Below, one piece after another: positions 29,491 through 38,655 of a stretch of DNA of 62,818 nucleotides. A program made the translations under genes and the position numbers. Within the stretch, counting starts at the first letter, position 1, and each line of letters opens with the position of its first letter. The stretch comes from a virus. Taxonomy: Duplodnaviria; Caudoviricetes. The notes beneath the pieces were generated by a model. That model was not told where the DNA came from. It was given only the letters and a program-made list of their open reading frames with translations, and made no database searches. Where the stretch lies: positions 1 to 62,818 of IMG/VR virus record IMGVR_UViG_3300029319_007025, one strand, 5' to 3'.

Positions 29491-29596
29491 TTGGTTTCAG
29501 CGCCGTATGCTTCAGGTGTGCGGTGAATGAAGCCCGACACTTGAAGCAAGATTAGTGTTCAGTCCTCTCACGCTTCAAGTGTCGGCATTCCGACCA
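29491..29596 (+). ncRNA. Candidate structured RNA / leader
   Basis: Perfect 14-bp inverted repeat 29534-29547/29572-29585 plus a GU-rich hairpin 29501-29525. Confidence 0.4.
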
Positions 29597-29609
29597 TAAG
29601 GAGGTCTAT

Positions 29610-29846
29610 GTGAAACTGTACCACAACTTGAGCTTCGCGCTACTACTCTTTAGCAGTTTTTACTCGTGCTGTTGTGTCGGATCATTCAAGACCCGCATTG
29701 AAATGGATGAATGTGTCCATATATGTTCACCACTTGTGCCTTTAGGTTTTCGTCCTATGTGGTCGAACGATGGTGTCTGTGCCTGCTTAGCGCCAACGCC
29801 TCATGGCAAGACAGCCCTCTACGAGGTTTCAAGTGGAGCACAGTAA
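29610..29846 (+). CDS. Cys-rich secreted/lipoprotein-like hypothetical
   Basis: SD AAGGAGG, GTG start, hydrophobic leader followed by Cys residues. Confidence 0.55.
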   Translation: MKLYHNLSFALLLFSSFYSCCCVGSFKTRIEMDECVHICSPLVPLGFRPMWSNDGVCACLAPTPHGKTALYEVSSGAQ

Positions 29847-31083
29847 GCCGTATTGGTACGACAAGCAAAGAAATAAATACGTCGTCCATTTACCTTCAAA
29901 GAAAAACCCTGTAGCTATTCCAGGCGACACATGGAAGACAATCCGTGAAGCGTATTCAAACTGGGATGGTGCGCCAGCATCGGTCAACGAGCTCGCACGT
30001 AAACTAGGCATAGCACGTAAAACCGTGACAGAGATTCTTCGTGCAATGCAGACGACACACGACTCCGCGCCGTGGACAGACGAAGAAATAAATCAGTCGG
30101 ATGAAGATGAACTCATAGAGGATCTTGTCCGCAGGAAAGAGGAGAAGGTTTTACTCACCGCTGAAAAGCGCGAATGGTCAAAGATAAAAAAGGATGCTGA
30201 AGCGTACAGACAAGTTGAACTAATCGCGAATAAATTAGCCCTCAAGTTTGAGAATAACGTTGGTAAGTATGATGTGCCTTTGCTCAAGTTACCAAACACA
30301 AGCCCTCCATATGCCGTTGTTCTTAGCCCGACCGATTTTCATTTCGGTAAATACGCACCAGAGTACGCGGGTGATACATACAACCGCGCAAAGTGTAAGA
30401 AACGTCTAAAGCGTGTAACAAAGAATCTTCTCAGCAGGGTTACAAGACGTGGCCGCCCCCAACGTATTTATCTCATGCTTGGCTCAGACGGGTTACACAT
30501 CGACAACCAAAACAAAACAACCACACGTGGTACGCCACAGGATTGCGACGGCACACCCGAAGAGATGGCATGGTATTGGATAAAGCTATGCCGTGAGTAT
30601 GTTGATATGCTGCGACAGATCGCGCCTGTCAGTCTTTATGTTGTTGGCGGAAATCACGATTGGTACACTTCGACACTCCTGCGAGCAGCAATGAAGGGAT
30701 GGTTTCACACCACAAGTAATGTAGAAGTTGAAGAAAGTTTTTCACCGCGTCAGTATATAACATACGGAAACTCATTACTCACGTTCCTTCATGGCGACAT
30801 AGGTAAGCCGCGTGATTGGCCTGCGATAATTGCTGACGAGCGGCCCAAGGAATGGGGCAATTCTAAATGGCGTTTCATATTTTGTGGACACCTACACACA
30901 GAGCGCGATTTTCCAACGTTCGGTGGTGTCACGGTTTACCGTATGCCTTCTTTAGCATCAAACGATAACTGGCATTTTAAGCAAGGTTATCGCAGTCGCA
31001 AGGCGCTCATAGCGTACATCGTTGACCAGCGTAGGGGTGTTATAGGCACAGAGATTGAACCTGTAGGGAGTGAGCAAGAATGA
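29803..31083 (+). CDS. HTH plus calcineurin-like metallophosphoesterase
   Basis: DFHFGK, GSD, GNHD, HGD, GHLH motifs; N-terminal ELARKLGIAR helix-turn-helix. Confidence 0.88.
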   Translation: MARQPSTRFQVEHSKPYWYDKQRNKYVVHLPSKKNPVAIPGDTWKTIREAYSNWDGAPASVNELARKLGIARKTVTEILRAMQTTHDSAPWTDEEINQSDEDELIEDLVRRKEEKVLLTAEKREWSKIKKDAEAYRQVELIANKLALKFENNVGKYDVPLLKLPNTSPPYAVVLSPTDFHFGKYAPEYAGDTYNRAKCKKRLKRVTKNLLSRVTRRGRPQRIYLMLGSDGLHIDNQNKTTTRGTPQDCDGTPEEMAWYWIKLCREYVDMLRQIAPVSLYVVGGNHDWYTSTLLRAAMKGWFHTTSNVEVEESFSPRQYITYGNSLLTFLHGDIGKPRDWPAIIADERPKEWGNSKWRFIFCGHLHTERDFPTFGGVTVYRMPSLASNDNWHFKQGYRSRKALIAYIVDQRRGVIGTEIEPVGSEQE

Positions 31084-31388
31084 AATTTTTTCCAAGATAT
31101 ATTCGACTTGGTGGGCACGTCATAAATGTTACTCGGAAGAAAGATCTTGTCGCGGATCAGGATGCGTTTGGTATATGGGACGACGAGACATTAGAGATCG
31201 CAATCGACGCGGACATATCCAACTCACTTGCATGGGAGACATTCTGGCACGAGGTTGTCGAGGCAATAAACACCTCGATAGAAAGCAATCTTGACCATTC
31301 AATAATTCAGACAACAGGCTTTTTATTACACCAGGTTTTCAATTCGATTCTTGAGAAGCAGCAATATGAGGAGAAAGGAGATGAGTAA
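31080..31388 (+). CDS. Small zincin-like protein
   Basis: ETFWHEVVEA (HExxE variant of HExxH), IAID motif. Confidence 0.6.
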   Translation: MKFFPRYIRLGGHVINVTRKKDLVADQDAFGIWDDETLEIAIDADISNSLAWETFWHEVVEAINTSIESNLDHSIIQTTGFLLHQVFNSILEKQQYEEKGDE

Positions 31389-31659
31389 TGCCGTTCGTGC
31401 TTTTTTGTATATTGTATCTTTTGTGTTTAGCGTTGGTTGTGGGCAACGGCAAACGGAAATAGTTGACAACGGATCGCCTGACCCGTTGCATTTGATTCCA
31501 TTCTCTTGCCGTTATCTTGGGTTCCCTATTCCAGAACTTGATCAGTGTTGGTTGGCGTGTAATAGGTCGGTGGTTGAAGAGTATGATCTCTCTACGTTTA
31601 CTGTTGATCTCGAATGTAAACACCCCGACTATTCCGCGCTGAAGTGCGGGTTAGACTAA
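31381..31659 (+). CDS. Putative lipoprotein
   Basis: SD AAGGAG; hydrophobic leader ending SVGC; several Cys. Confidence 0.55.
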   Translation: MSNAVRAFLYIVSFVFSVGCGQRQTEIVDNGSPDPLHLIPFSCRYLGFPIPELDQCWLACNRSVVEEYDLSTFTVDLECKHPDYSALKCGLD

Positions 31660-31895
31660 TGATACCAAGTAAGAACCTAGAGGACGACATTGCGCTACAA
31701 GCTCTTATAAAATTCACAGGTGAGAGATTGAGTGACCGCAGACAATTAGCGCTCGCTGTGCTTGTAAAACTATTTCCAATACAACAGATGCTCAATCAAG
31801 AACCAACCGAGTTCTCAAATACGACGCGCAAAGAATTAGACATGCTCATGTCGCAGATGCTCACGTATGTGGACATTATTATGAGCAACAGGTAA
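31659..31895 (+). CDS. Hypothetical protein
   Basis: TAATG coupling to the previous gene. Confidence 0.55.
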   Translation: MIPSKNLEDDIALQALIKFTGERLSDRRQLALAVLVKLFPIQQMLNQEPTEFSNTTRKELDMLMSQMLTYVDIIMSNR

Positions 31896-32090
31896 TCGGT
31901 TGATGGCCCCGCATTTACTTAGCATTGTAATTGCATTTAACATCGGGCTAGCTATTGGCGCTGGCATTGCTTGGGGACTTGTCATGTACAAATGGGAGCC
32001 GGTCATTGGGGTCGAGTGTGAAAATTGTTGTTCCTTCTATGAAGGTGGACGCGGTCGCGATGTGGGCGATCTGTGAGGCAGGTTGGGGCC

Positions 32091-32438
32091 TCACATCTTC
32101 TTCTGACCTTTTATACAGAACTCGTGCAAGTGACGAGACAGATCGTTCCCTCCACCACTAAATTGCATTGCAGGAAACCATGCTTTGCAATGTCTGCACC
32201 AATGCTCATCTTTGTCCTTGTGATGACATACTTCTTCAATAGGTCGTCCAATACGTGTCGCTGTTTGTAAATACCCACGAGGATATGGGGGCTCGTCCTT
32301 TAGGTATTTGTTGACCATGTCACGTGAAAGACCGAAGCGTGTGGCAACCTGCGTTTTTGTGAGATCGGGATTTTGCTTTCTATATTTTTTTACTTTCTTT
32401 TGAAGCGCAACATGATCCGAGAATTTTAGTAATTTCAT
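32091..32438 (-). CDS. HTH plus zinc-finger-like protein
   Basis: LTKTQVATRFGLSRDMVNKYL HTH; CxxC and His/Cys cluster. Confidence 0.65.
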   Translation of the reverse strand: MKLLKFSDHVALQKKVKKYRKQNPDLTKTQVATRFGLSRDMVNKYLKDEPPYPRGYLQTATRIGRPIEEVCHHKDKDEHWCRHCKAWFPAMQFSGGGNDLSRHLHEFCIKGQKKM

Positions 32439-32896
32439 TCCGACGAAGAATGTTCCACATATTCGCGAACGATAGTCAAAAACTCATCAAACAAAACAGC
32501 AACATGGGGGGTATCCGTTTGCTTTGCAAATGGCGCACTAAACCTGTAGTCATTCATGTGGTGTCCAAATATAATATGGAGATGCGCCATTCTCAATGTC
32601 ACATAAATATTCTTTGTGCGTGTCTTATGTGTGACCGCTATGGGTATTAGCTCATCAACCAACCCGGCAACGCTGACATCATGCTCTGCTTGCTTTAGCT
32701 TTTTCAACGGGGTTGGATTCATTGCGTCCTGGCATTCAATCCAAAAACCAGGCAACCCTGTCACGTCTGACTCCTCTGCTTGCCGTGATTGAATAGAGCG
32801 TCTAATAACCTCTGCGTACTTTGGGAAGCTATCGCGCAACTTACGTGCTATTTGACGCTCGAACCTCTTCCCTTTATCCCGTTGCATTTTACTCAT
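32435..32896 (-). CDS. Holliday junction resolvase-like PD-(D/E)xK nuclease
   Basis: KGKRFER...SDV...WIEC; start reassigned to MSKMQRDKG overlapping the queD stop. Confidence 0.75.
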   Translation of the reverse strand: MSKMQRDKGKRFERQIARKLRDSFPKYAEVIRRSIQSRQAEESDVTGLPGFWIECQDAMNPTPLKKLKQAEHDVSVAGLVDELIPIAVTHKTRTKNIYVTLRMAHLHIIFGHHMNDYRFSAPFAKQTDTPHVAVLFDEFLTIVREYVEHSSSE

Positions 32897-33362
32897 TGCG
32901 ATGTGTACCCGGTTCATCTCCTGGTTCATATGTCGCGCTGTTCTTATCGTTCTCTCTGACCTCAATCTTTGTTATCCAGACACGGTGGTTTGTTTTCTTT
33001 GTAACCATTGCGTTTACTTTATTGTAAGCCATGTATGCTGTACCCTCCATGCCTACGTCGTCCCAAACCCGCAAAGCACAAGCGCCTTTCTTTTCTAATT
33101 CCGTGAATGTTTCAAGCAATGGGTCGTTGGCATCAAGCAGTAACGTGTGGTCAAACATATACTCTAACCATTCCTTCACGTCCTGAAGGTCACCAAAGTC
33201 CATTACAAAGCCATTCTTTGTGCGCGTGTTACAAGCAAACCAAAATGTAAAACTGCGACTATAGCCATGTATAAAAGCACAATGTCCATCATGCTGCCAA
33301 CGCCTATGGGCGCATGGCAAGTTGTTGAATGTTTTGGTTGAGCGATAAATTCCAAGTTCCAT
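32889..33362 (-). CDS. queD: 6-carboxytetrahydropterin synthase
   Basis: CAHR, HCAFIHGY, VMDFG, FDHTLL, VREN motifs. Confidence 0.93.
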   Translation of the reverse strand: MELGIYRSTKTFNNLPCAHRRWQHDGHCAFIHGYSRSFTFWFACNTRTKNGFVMDFGDLQDVKEWLEYMFDHTLLLDANDPLLETFTELEKKGACALRVWDDVGMEGTAYMAYNKVNAMVTKKTNHRVWITKIEVRENDKNSATYEPGDEPGTHRNE

Positions 33363-34979
33363 TTATAAATTCCCAGCATCAATGTGCAGACATACGTCTA
33401 ACAGATTACTTACATCAGCGGAGTGTGATATAACAAATACTATTTTGTCTTGTGACATTTCGGATAGCGCGTCGCTCACAGCATGAATACCCTCCCAGTC
33501 GAGGCTGTCGAATACCTCATCAAAGAACACGGTGCCTGCCGCGTATTGATTTGACCCTTGCGCTAATTCAGCTAACGCCAAAAGCATTGCTACATCAATG
33601 CGCCGACGCTGCCCTCCGCTCGATGCCTTGTATCCATAACCACCACCCGCACCATGTACGTGGATACTAATTGCATCGCTCACACCACCTGTTTTCTTTT
33701 CTTTATATGAACAAACCTCAAGCGACATATTGTTGGACGAAATACGTTTAAGCCATTGATTGGATAGTATTTGTAATCCGTTGAGCGCGTTGCCGAGTAT
33801 GTGGGCACGTATACCTTTCAGCCCCAACGTTTGCTCAGCGAGCTTCATAATCGTGACATCATATTCAAGTGTCTCAAGCGTTGCCGTATCGCTGTTCAAT
33901 TCGTTCTTTACTTCGAGTATGTCATTCTTCGTGTTCTTCAGTGTATCCATGAAGTGCTCTTTTGCATTTGCTGCTTCTTTTTTGCGGCCAAGCTTTTCAA
34001 GTTTTGAAGACAACGCTCTGCGCTCTGTTGAGACAGCTTCATTTATTTTTTGAATTTTCGTGCGAACCTTGTCTATCTTTACAGCGACAGCGCCTTGGTC
34101 GTTTGTAAGTTGTTCAAGTTCATCGTGTAGTTGTTTCTCTATAGGAGCAGCGAACTCTTTTGTTATTTGTTGCTCACACGTTGGACATGAATCCTTTGAA
34201 AGTAGCTTTAGTTTTTTTCTATTGACCGCAATTTGTGTAACCTGTTGTCCAGATAGTTCGCGAAGCGAAGCAAATGTTTTCTGCAACTTGTTGAGTTTCA
34301 ACTCACATTGCCTAATCAGATTTTCTGCTTCATCAATCGTTACTTGTGAGATGTCCTCATTGATATCTTGCTTTGCGAGTTTGATGGCATCCTTTGTATC
34401 GCTGAGCAGGTCCTTGTATTTCTTCAGCATTCGTTGGTTGAATTTTATATTTCTTTCAACTTCAGAGAACTCGTGTTCAAGTGTACGTTTCTCTGCTTTA
34501 CATTTCTTTAGTGCAGCATCAAACGAATCCAACCCCAAAAGATTCTCAAGCAAACGTTTGCGCTCTGCGTCCGTTGACATCGTGAAGTGACTCGCATCCT
34601 GTGACGAAAACACAGCACACTTCTTCCATACATCGAACGTGCCTATGCTTGCAGACAAACCGTCTTGTGCTTTTTTTGTGGTTGCGTATTTTGCAGGCGC
34701 AGGCTCCCACGATAATTTTGCGCGTGATCCTGCTGTGGTTGAGCGTGTTATCTTGAAACCTTCACGAGTTGTTATTGTCACGCTGCCCGCTGTATTGGGT
34801 CGCCAAGGTGACGTGCCGCGCAATGTCTTTCCCCAACACGCAAAAGCTATGGCCTCAATCAATGTTGACTTGCCGCTGCCGTTTGGACCTGTAACGAGAA
34901 CGATGCCGTTCTGTGGAAAGTTTATTGTTACTTCATCGTACGACATGAAGTTCCGAAGCTCTATGCTTTCAATGTTCAT
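33363..34979 (-). CDS. sbcC: SbcC/Rad50/gp46-like ATPase
   Basis: GPNGSGKS, CPTC hook, SGGQRRR, FFDEVFD, ISH. Confidence 0.95.
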   Translation of the reverse strand: MNIESIELRNFMSYDEVTINFPQNGIVLVTGPNGSGKSTLIEAIAFACWGKTLRGTSPWRPNTAGSVTITTREGFKITRSTTAGSRAKLSWEPAPAKYATTKKAQDGLSASIGTFDVWKKCAVFSSQDASHFTMSTDAERKRLLENLLGLDSFDAALKKCKAEKRTLEHEFSEVERNIKFNQRMLKKYKDLLSDTKDAIKLAKQDINEDISQVTIDEAENLIRQCELKLNKLQKTFASLRELSGQQVTQIAVNRKKLKLLSKDSCPTCEQQITKEFAAPIEKQLHDELEQLTNDQGAVAVKIDKVRTKIQKINEAVSTERRALSSKLEKLGRKKEAANAKEHFMDTLKNTKNDILEVKNELNSDTATLETLEYDVTIMKLAEQTLGLKGIRAHILGNALNGLQILSNQWLKRISSNNMSLEVCSYKEKKTGGVSDAISIHVHGAGGGYGYKASSGGQRRRIDVAMLLALAELAQGSNQYAAGTVFFDEVFDSLDWEGIHAVSDALSEMSQDKIVFVISHSADVSNLLDVCLHIDAGNL

Positions 34980-36177
34980 CTCCGCTTTCTCCTAAGAAAC
35001 GAGCGACAAGGTTTCGTATCCTTTCTCTCGCCTCTGGTTGAAATTCTTTATCCATGTACACATCGAGTTGGATTGTGTCCGTATAGTTTACAATCGCCTC
35101 CTCTAACGTCTCAGAGCTTTTTGTTTTCTCTGCCGTTTGTCGTGCTGTGTCTTCGCTTGTCTTTGAGGCATACAAAACTTCGCCGCTATGTATTACATCA
35201 GCAGTCATTGCTGCGTTGAGTAATTCATTTGCGAGTTCTATCTCTGTCTCACTGGCTTTGATACGTGCAAAGATCACGTTGTCTAAATCTGTTTCGCCTA
35301 TAAGATTCTTTTTCTTAGCGCCTTTCAAACTGCCTATATCATCCTTAGGTGTAATTGTGACAAACCTCGGGCCAGGAACCATACTGATTATACCTACACG
35401 TCTTTCCGCTTCGACGTGCTCATAGATCGCACCGTAGTTGAAACCTTCATTGCCCCAACCTGTAGGCACTAACGCTCCTGCTTGGATTATATTTATGTGG
35501 CGGTCGTCTTCGTGGTAATAGCCTTGCCACGACTTTGCGTTGTGCCAATGTCCAGCAAACGCTGCGCTTATGTCACAGTCATTACAGAGGTCGAGTAGTT
35601 TATCTTTTGTGATTGCTGTGTCTGAGTTTCGTAAGAAGCCAGGTGTTGAGTCATCAACCACGCCCGCGTGAAATGCAAGGAGCCTTGACGATACCCATGC
35701 CTGAGAGCCTGTTTCTGAAAGAGCGCGAACATGTTTGGTTAGCCATGTTGTACATTTACCCGACTGAAAAGGAATAGCAAAAAGCTGTTCCTCACCTTCT
35801 GTGATTACCGTTGGTTTGTTTATAATCGTAGCAAGATGCGTCAAGGGGCCGAGTGCGTTGTGATCTTCATGGTCGCTTGCTTGGTCATGGTTGCCTTGTA
35901 TTATAATTGTCTCAAGCTCAAGCTCTTTGCCGTATTGAATTATGTCTTGAGTGTAATACAGCATGGTCGGGCTAACGTTTGGGTTGTCGAATAGGTCGCC
36001 TAGTATGACAACATACTTTGCCTGTGGGCGTCGCTTTGCTGTTTCTTTGTATACATTACGCAGCGCAGAGAGCGTCAGTCGGCAACGTTCATTCACACCC
36101 GCGACATACCTGCCTCCATGACGTTTATGGTTGCCAATGTGTACGTCGCCAACAAATACGAAGGAACTACTCTGCAT
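34969..36177 (-). CDS. sbcD: SbcD/Mre11/gp47-like nuclease
   Basis: GDVH, GDLFD, GNHD, GHWH; adjacent to sbcC. Confidence 0.93.
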   Translation of the reverse strand: MQSSSFVFVGDVHIGNHKRHGGRYVAGVNERCRLTLSALRNVYKETAKRRPQAKYVVILGDLFDNPNVSPTMLYYTQDIIQYGKELELETIIIQGNHDQASDHEDHNALGPLTHLATIINKPTVITEGEEQLFAIPFQSGKCTTWLTKHVRALSETGSQAWVSSRLLAFHAGVVDDSTPGFLRNSDTAITKDKLLDLCNDCDISAAFAGHWHNAKSWQGYYHEDDRHINIIQAGALVPTGWGNEGFNYGAIYEHVEAERRVGIISMVPGPRFVTITPKDDIGSLKGAKKKNLIGETDLDNVIFARIKASETEIELANELLNAAMTADVIHSGEVLYASKTSEDTARQTAEKTKSSETLEEAIVNYTDTIQLDVYMDKEFQPEARERIRNLVARFLGESGDEH

Positions 36178-37111
36178 CTTTACTTACCCAGCCTAGTTGT
36201 TCGATGGCTTCATTATACGCTTTCTCTCCGCGACTACGCGGCTTGATAATACCTCGCTCTTTCGCATGGTCAAGAACCGACCATTGATTGTCGAAACCTT
36301 CCGCAAAGTTTAGACGCACCCTGCACTTTCTATAGGGAGGAGCCATGCGGTTCTTTGTTGCCAATACAGTCACATCTTTTGCTGTGTGTTCACCGTGCTC
36401 ATTCTTCACGGCTTTGCCGCCCATGATTTGTAGACGTAACGAAGCCAAGAACTTCATACCTTTACCGCCAGGTGTTGTTGTATTGTTACCAAATAACACT
36501 CCCATCTTTGTTCTTGTTTGATTGATAACAAGCAAAGCAACATTGTTATCATTTACTAACGTGCCTAAAGAGCGACACGCTCGGCCCATAAGACGGGCGC
36601 GTCCTGCGACAACCTCGCCACCAACAAGGCCATCCGTAAGTTCTGCTTTAGTAGGCGTTGCTGCAAGGCTGTCCCACGCAACAAGTACAGGACCTTGGAC
36701 ATCCTTCATTGATGTTAGCGTAGCATCAAGCATATCAAGAGCTTCTTCAAGATGATCAGGTTCAAGTAAAATCACCTTGCTCAGGTCAACGCCAAATGTC
36801 TCAGCACGTTCTGTGTCAAGTGCGTCCTCTGTTTCGACAATAACAGCAAGGCCGCCTTGTGCCTGTACGGATGCACAACATTGTAGCATGAGTGATGACT
36901 TGCCCCCGCCCTCCTCTGAGTACAGCTCCGTGATACGTCCGACAGGTAACCCGCCGCAACCTATAACGTAATTATCCACAGGCATAATACCTGTTGGGAT
37001 CACCTCGCGAATCTCAGAGCTAGGCCCGTCTGAAAGCATTCGCGCCGTCTTTGATGATTTCTTTTTTAGTTTTGATTGTATGCCTGCAAGCACACTTTCG
37101 TAGTTAGACAT
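36167..37111 (-). CDS. recA: RecA/UvsX recombinase
   Basis: GGLPVGRITELY..GGGKS, DSLAA, INQTR, TTPGG; start moved to ATG 37111 after GAGGGG. Confidence 0.95.
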   Translation of the reverse strand: MSNYESVLAGIQSKLKKKSSKTARMLSDGPSSEIREVIPTGIMPVDNYVIGCGGLPVGRITELYSEEGGGKSSLMLQCCASVQAQGGLAVIVETEDALDTERAETFGVDLSKVILLEPDHLEEALDMLDATLTSMKDVQGPVLVAWDSLAATPTKAELTDGLVGGEVVAGRARLMGRACRSLGTLVNDNNVALLVINQTRTKMGVLFGNNTTTPGGKGMKFLASLRLQIMGGKAVKNEHGEHTAKDVTVLATKNRMAPPYRKCRVRLNFAEGFDNQWSVLDHAKERGIIKPRSRGEKAYNEAIEQLGWVSKDAE

Positions 37112-37127
37112 GTTTCCCTCGCTGATG

Positions 37128-37252
37128 AAATAAGACACCTGATAACCCTGTGCCTACCTGTGGGTGTCTAAGTAAAAACAAAGCCAAATTACTTAGACAA
37201 TTTTAGTTCCCGCCCAAAGGAGAAAGCGTTGTACCAAAAAGCGGGAACCAAA
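37128..37252 (-). ncRNA. Candidate structured RNA in the ssb-recA intergenic region with an anti-RBS loop
   Basis: 12-bp stem 37252-37241/37213-37202, loop contains CGCUUUCUCCUUU; second 11-bp inverted repeat 37165-37175/37189-37199. Confidence 0.5.
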
Positions 37253-37254
37253 CT

Positions 37255-38109
37255 CTATACATCCCACTCGTCTTCTTCGTCGTCTTCAAGAAGGTCGGTG
37301 AGAGATGCGGTTGCACGTTTCTTGCCTTTCGTGGATTGTTTTGACTTTCGCTTTTGTTGTGTGCTTGCCGTGAGTTGTTTTGGTTCAATGATGATCTCAT
37401 CCTCTTGTGGGACGGACATTGAATTGTCAGGAGCTTCAGCGCCCATCCATGTTAGAACCTGCTCAAGGGAAGGTGGTGTGCAATACTTTTGCAGATCCCA
37501 TTGACGTTTGATAACGTCGAGATCTTCAACAGCGGAATCATTACGTGCAGCACGAACCTTATACTGTGTCTTCAACCCTTGACCTTCCCTGAGGATGATA
37601 ATGTCAAAGCCATCGTCTGATGGATTCGTAAAGTCGCCTCCATCTACATCGTCACGCATGATAGCGAGCAAACCTTGCCAAACCGTTTTGCCAAAACTTA
37701 TGATCTGCGGTTTAGATTGGTCGCCGCTTCTATCAATTACATTGGCGTAGATTCTTGCCTTCGGATAAAACTCACGCGCCTTTGCAGAATCAACCTGATT
37801 GCCTGAACGTTTCAGTTCATTTGCTAAATCACACAATGGGCATTTCTTTTTTTCCATCAAACGTGGACAGGCAAAGCGTTGTTTTGTGCCGTCAGGTCGT
37901 TCATAGAAATGCTCCTGCACGATAACAAATGGCGATGTCTGTTCACTGTCAGCAGGCAATGGCAGAAAACGAACAACGTTCTTACCCTCTTGCCATTTGT
38001 AAAAATCACCACCACCTACTTTTGTGGTTGCGCCCAATAGCGCGTCTTGTCTTTCGAGTTCAGCGATATCGAACCCTTTGTATACTTGTAAATTTGAACC
38101 TCTAGTCAT
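37255..38109 (-). CDS. Single-stranded DNA-binding protein, T4 gp32-like
   Basis: VRFLP, EHF...ACP...CPLC zinc site, GFDIII, acidic tail. Confidence 0.88.
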   Translation of the reverse strand: MTRGSNLQVYKGFDIAELERQDALLGATTKVGGGDFYKWQEGKNVVRFLPLPADSEQTSPFVIVQEHFYERPDGTKQRFACPRLMEKKKCPLCDLANELKRSGNQVDSAKAREFYPKARIYANVIDRSGDQSKPQIISFGKTVWQGLLAIMRDDVDGGDFTNPSDDGFDIIILREGQGLKTQYKVRAARNDSAVEDLDVIKRQWDLQKYCTPPSLEQVLTWMGAEAPDNSMSVPQEDEIIIEPKQLTASTQQKRKSKQSTKGKKRATASLTDLLEDDEEDEWDV

Positions 38110-38124
38110 TGCTCTTACCCTCTT

Positions 38125-38565
38125 CTAATTATTCATCGTTAGTGTTGGGTCACTCATCTCCGCACGAAGATGCGCCCCCAAACTTATCAACATTTCTTTC
38201 TTGGCGTGAAGTGCTTCACACCTTCCTCTTGCCTCTTGTTTGCCGGATTCGGCTTCGGCTAATATCAATCGTAGTTGCATTACCTCCTCATCTATCTCGA
38301 CAAGGTTGCTTAGTTTTGCCTCTGTGATTTTTTGACCTGCCTCCTCATGCTCCTGCCTGATATTGAGATACGCCGCAGCTCTCGCTTGTTCATACCTCAC
38401 TTTGCTTTGTAAGAACCTTCGCACTGCTTTGGCATACAATTCATTGAAATACGACAACTCGCTTGGCATTCTCGTGTAATGCTCATGCACCGTGGTCGTG
38501 GTAATATCAAGCGCCTCTTCTAGCAACTGTAAATTCTCTGCTCTTCTTTCTTTTTTACTCGTCAA
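38125..38565 (-). CDS. UvsY-like recombination mediator (coiled coil)
   Basis: Helical, KITEA and KKEMLISLGA motifs; next to ssb and recA. Confidence 0.6.
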   Translation of the reverse strand: MTSKKERRAENLQLLEEALDITTTTVHEHYTRMPSELSYFNELYAKAVRRFLQSKVRYEQARAAAYLNIRQEHEEAGQKITEAKLSNLVEIDEEVMQLRLILAEAESGKQEARGRCEALHAKKEMLISLGAHLRAEMSDPTLTMNN

Positions 38566-38655
38566 TTCAATTTCCTCTTTTCATCTCGGGCATTGCCCAC
38601 ATTTATTTATTATAAATTTGAGAACGTTTTAGCCCTTCTAAATATATTTTTTTCA

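Noticed and set aside
37229-37504. + strand ORF starting TTG right after AAAGGAGAAAGCG
   Set aside because: It is antisense to ssb, its poly-Ser/Cys content mirrors ssb codons, and the stem's G-U pairs favour a minus-strand RNA. Kept only as the alternative hypothesis.
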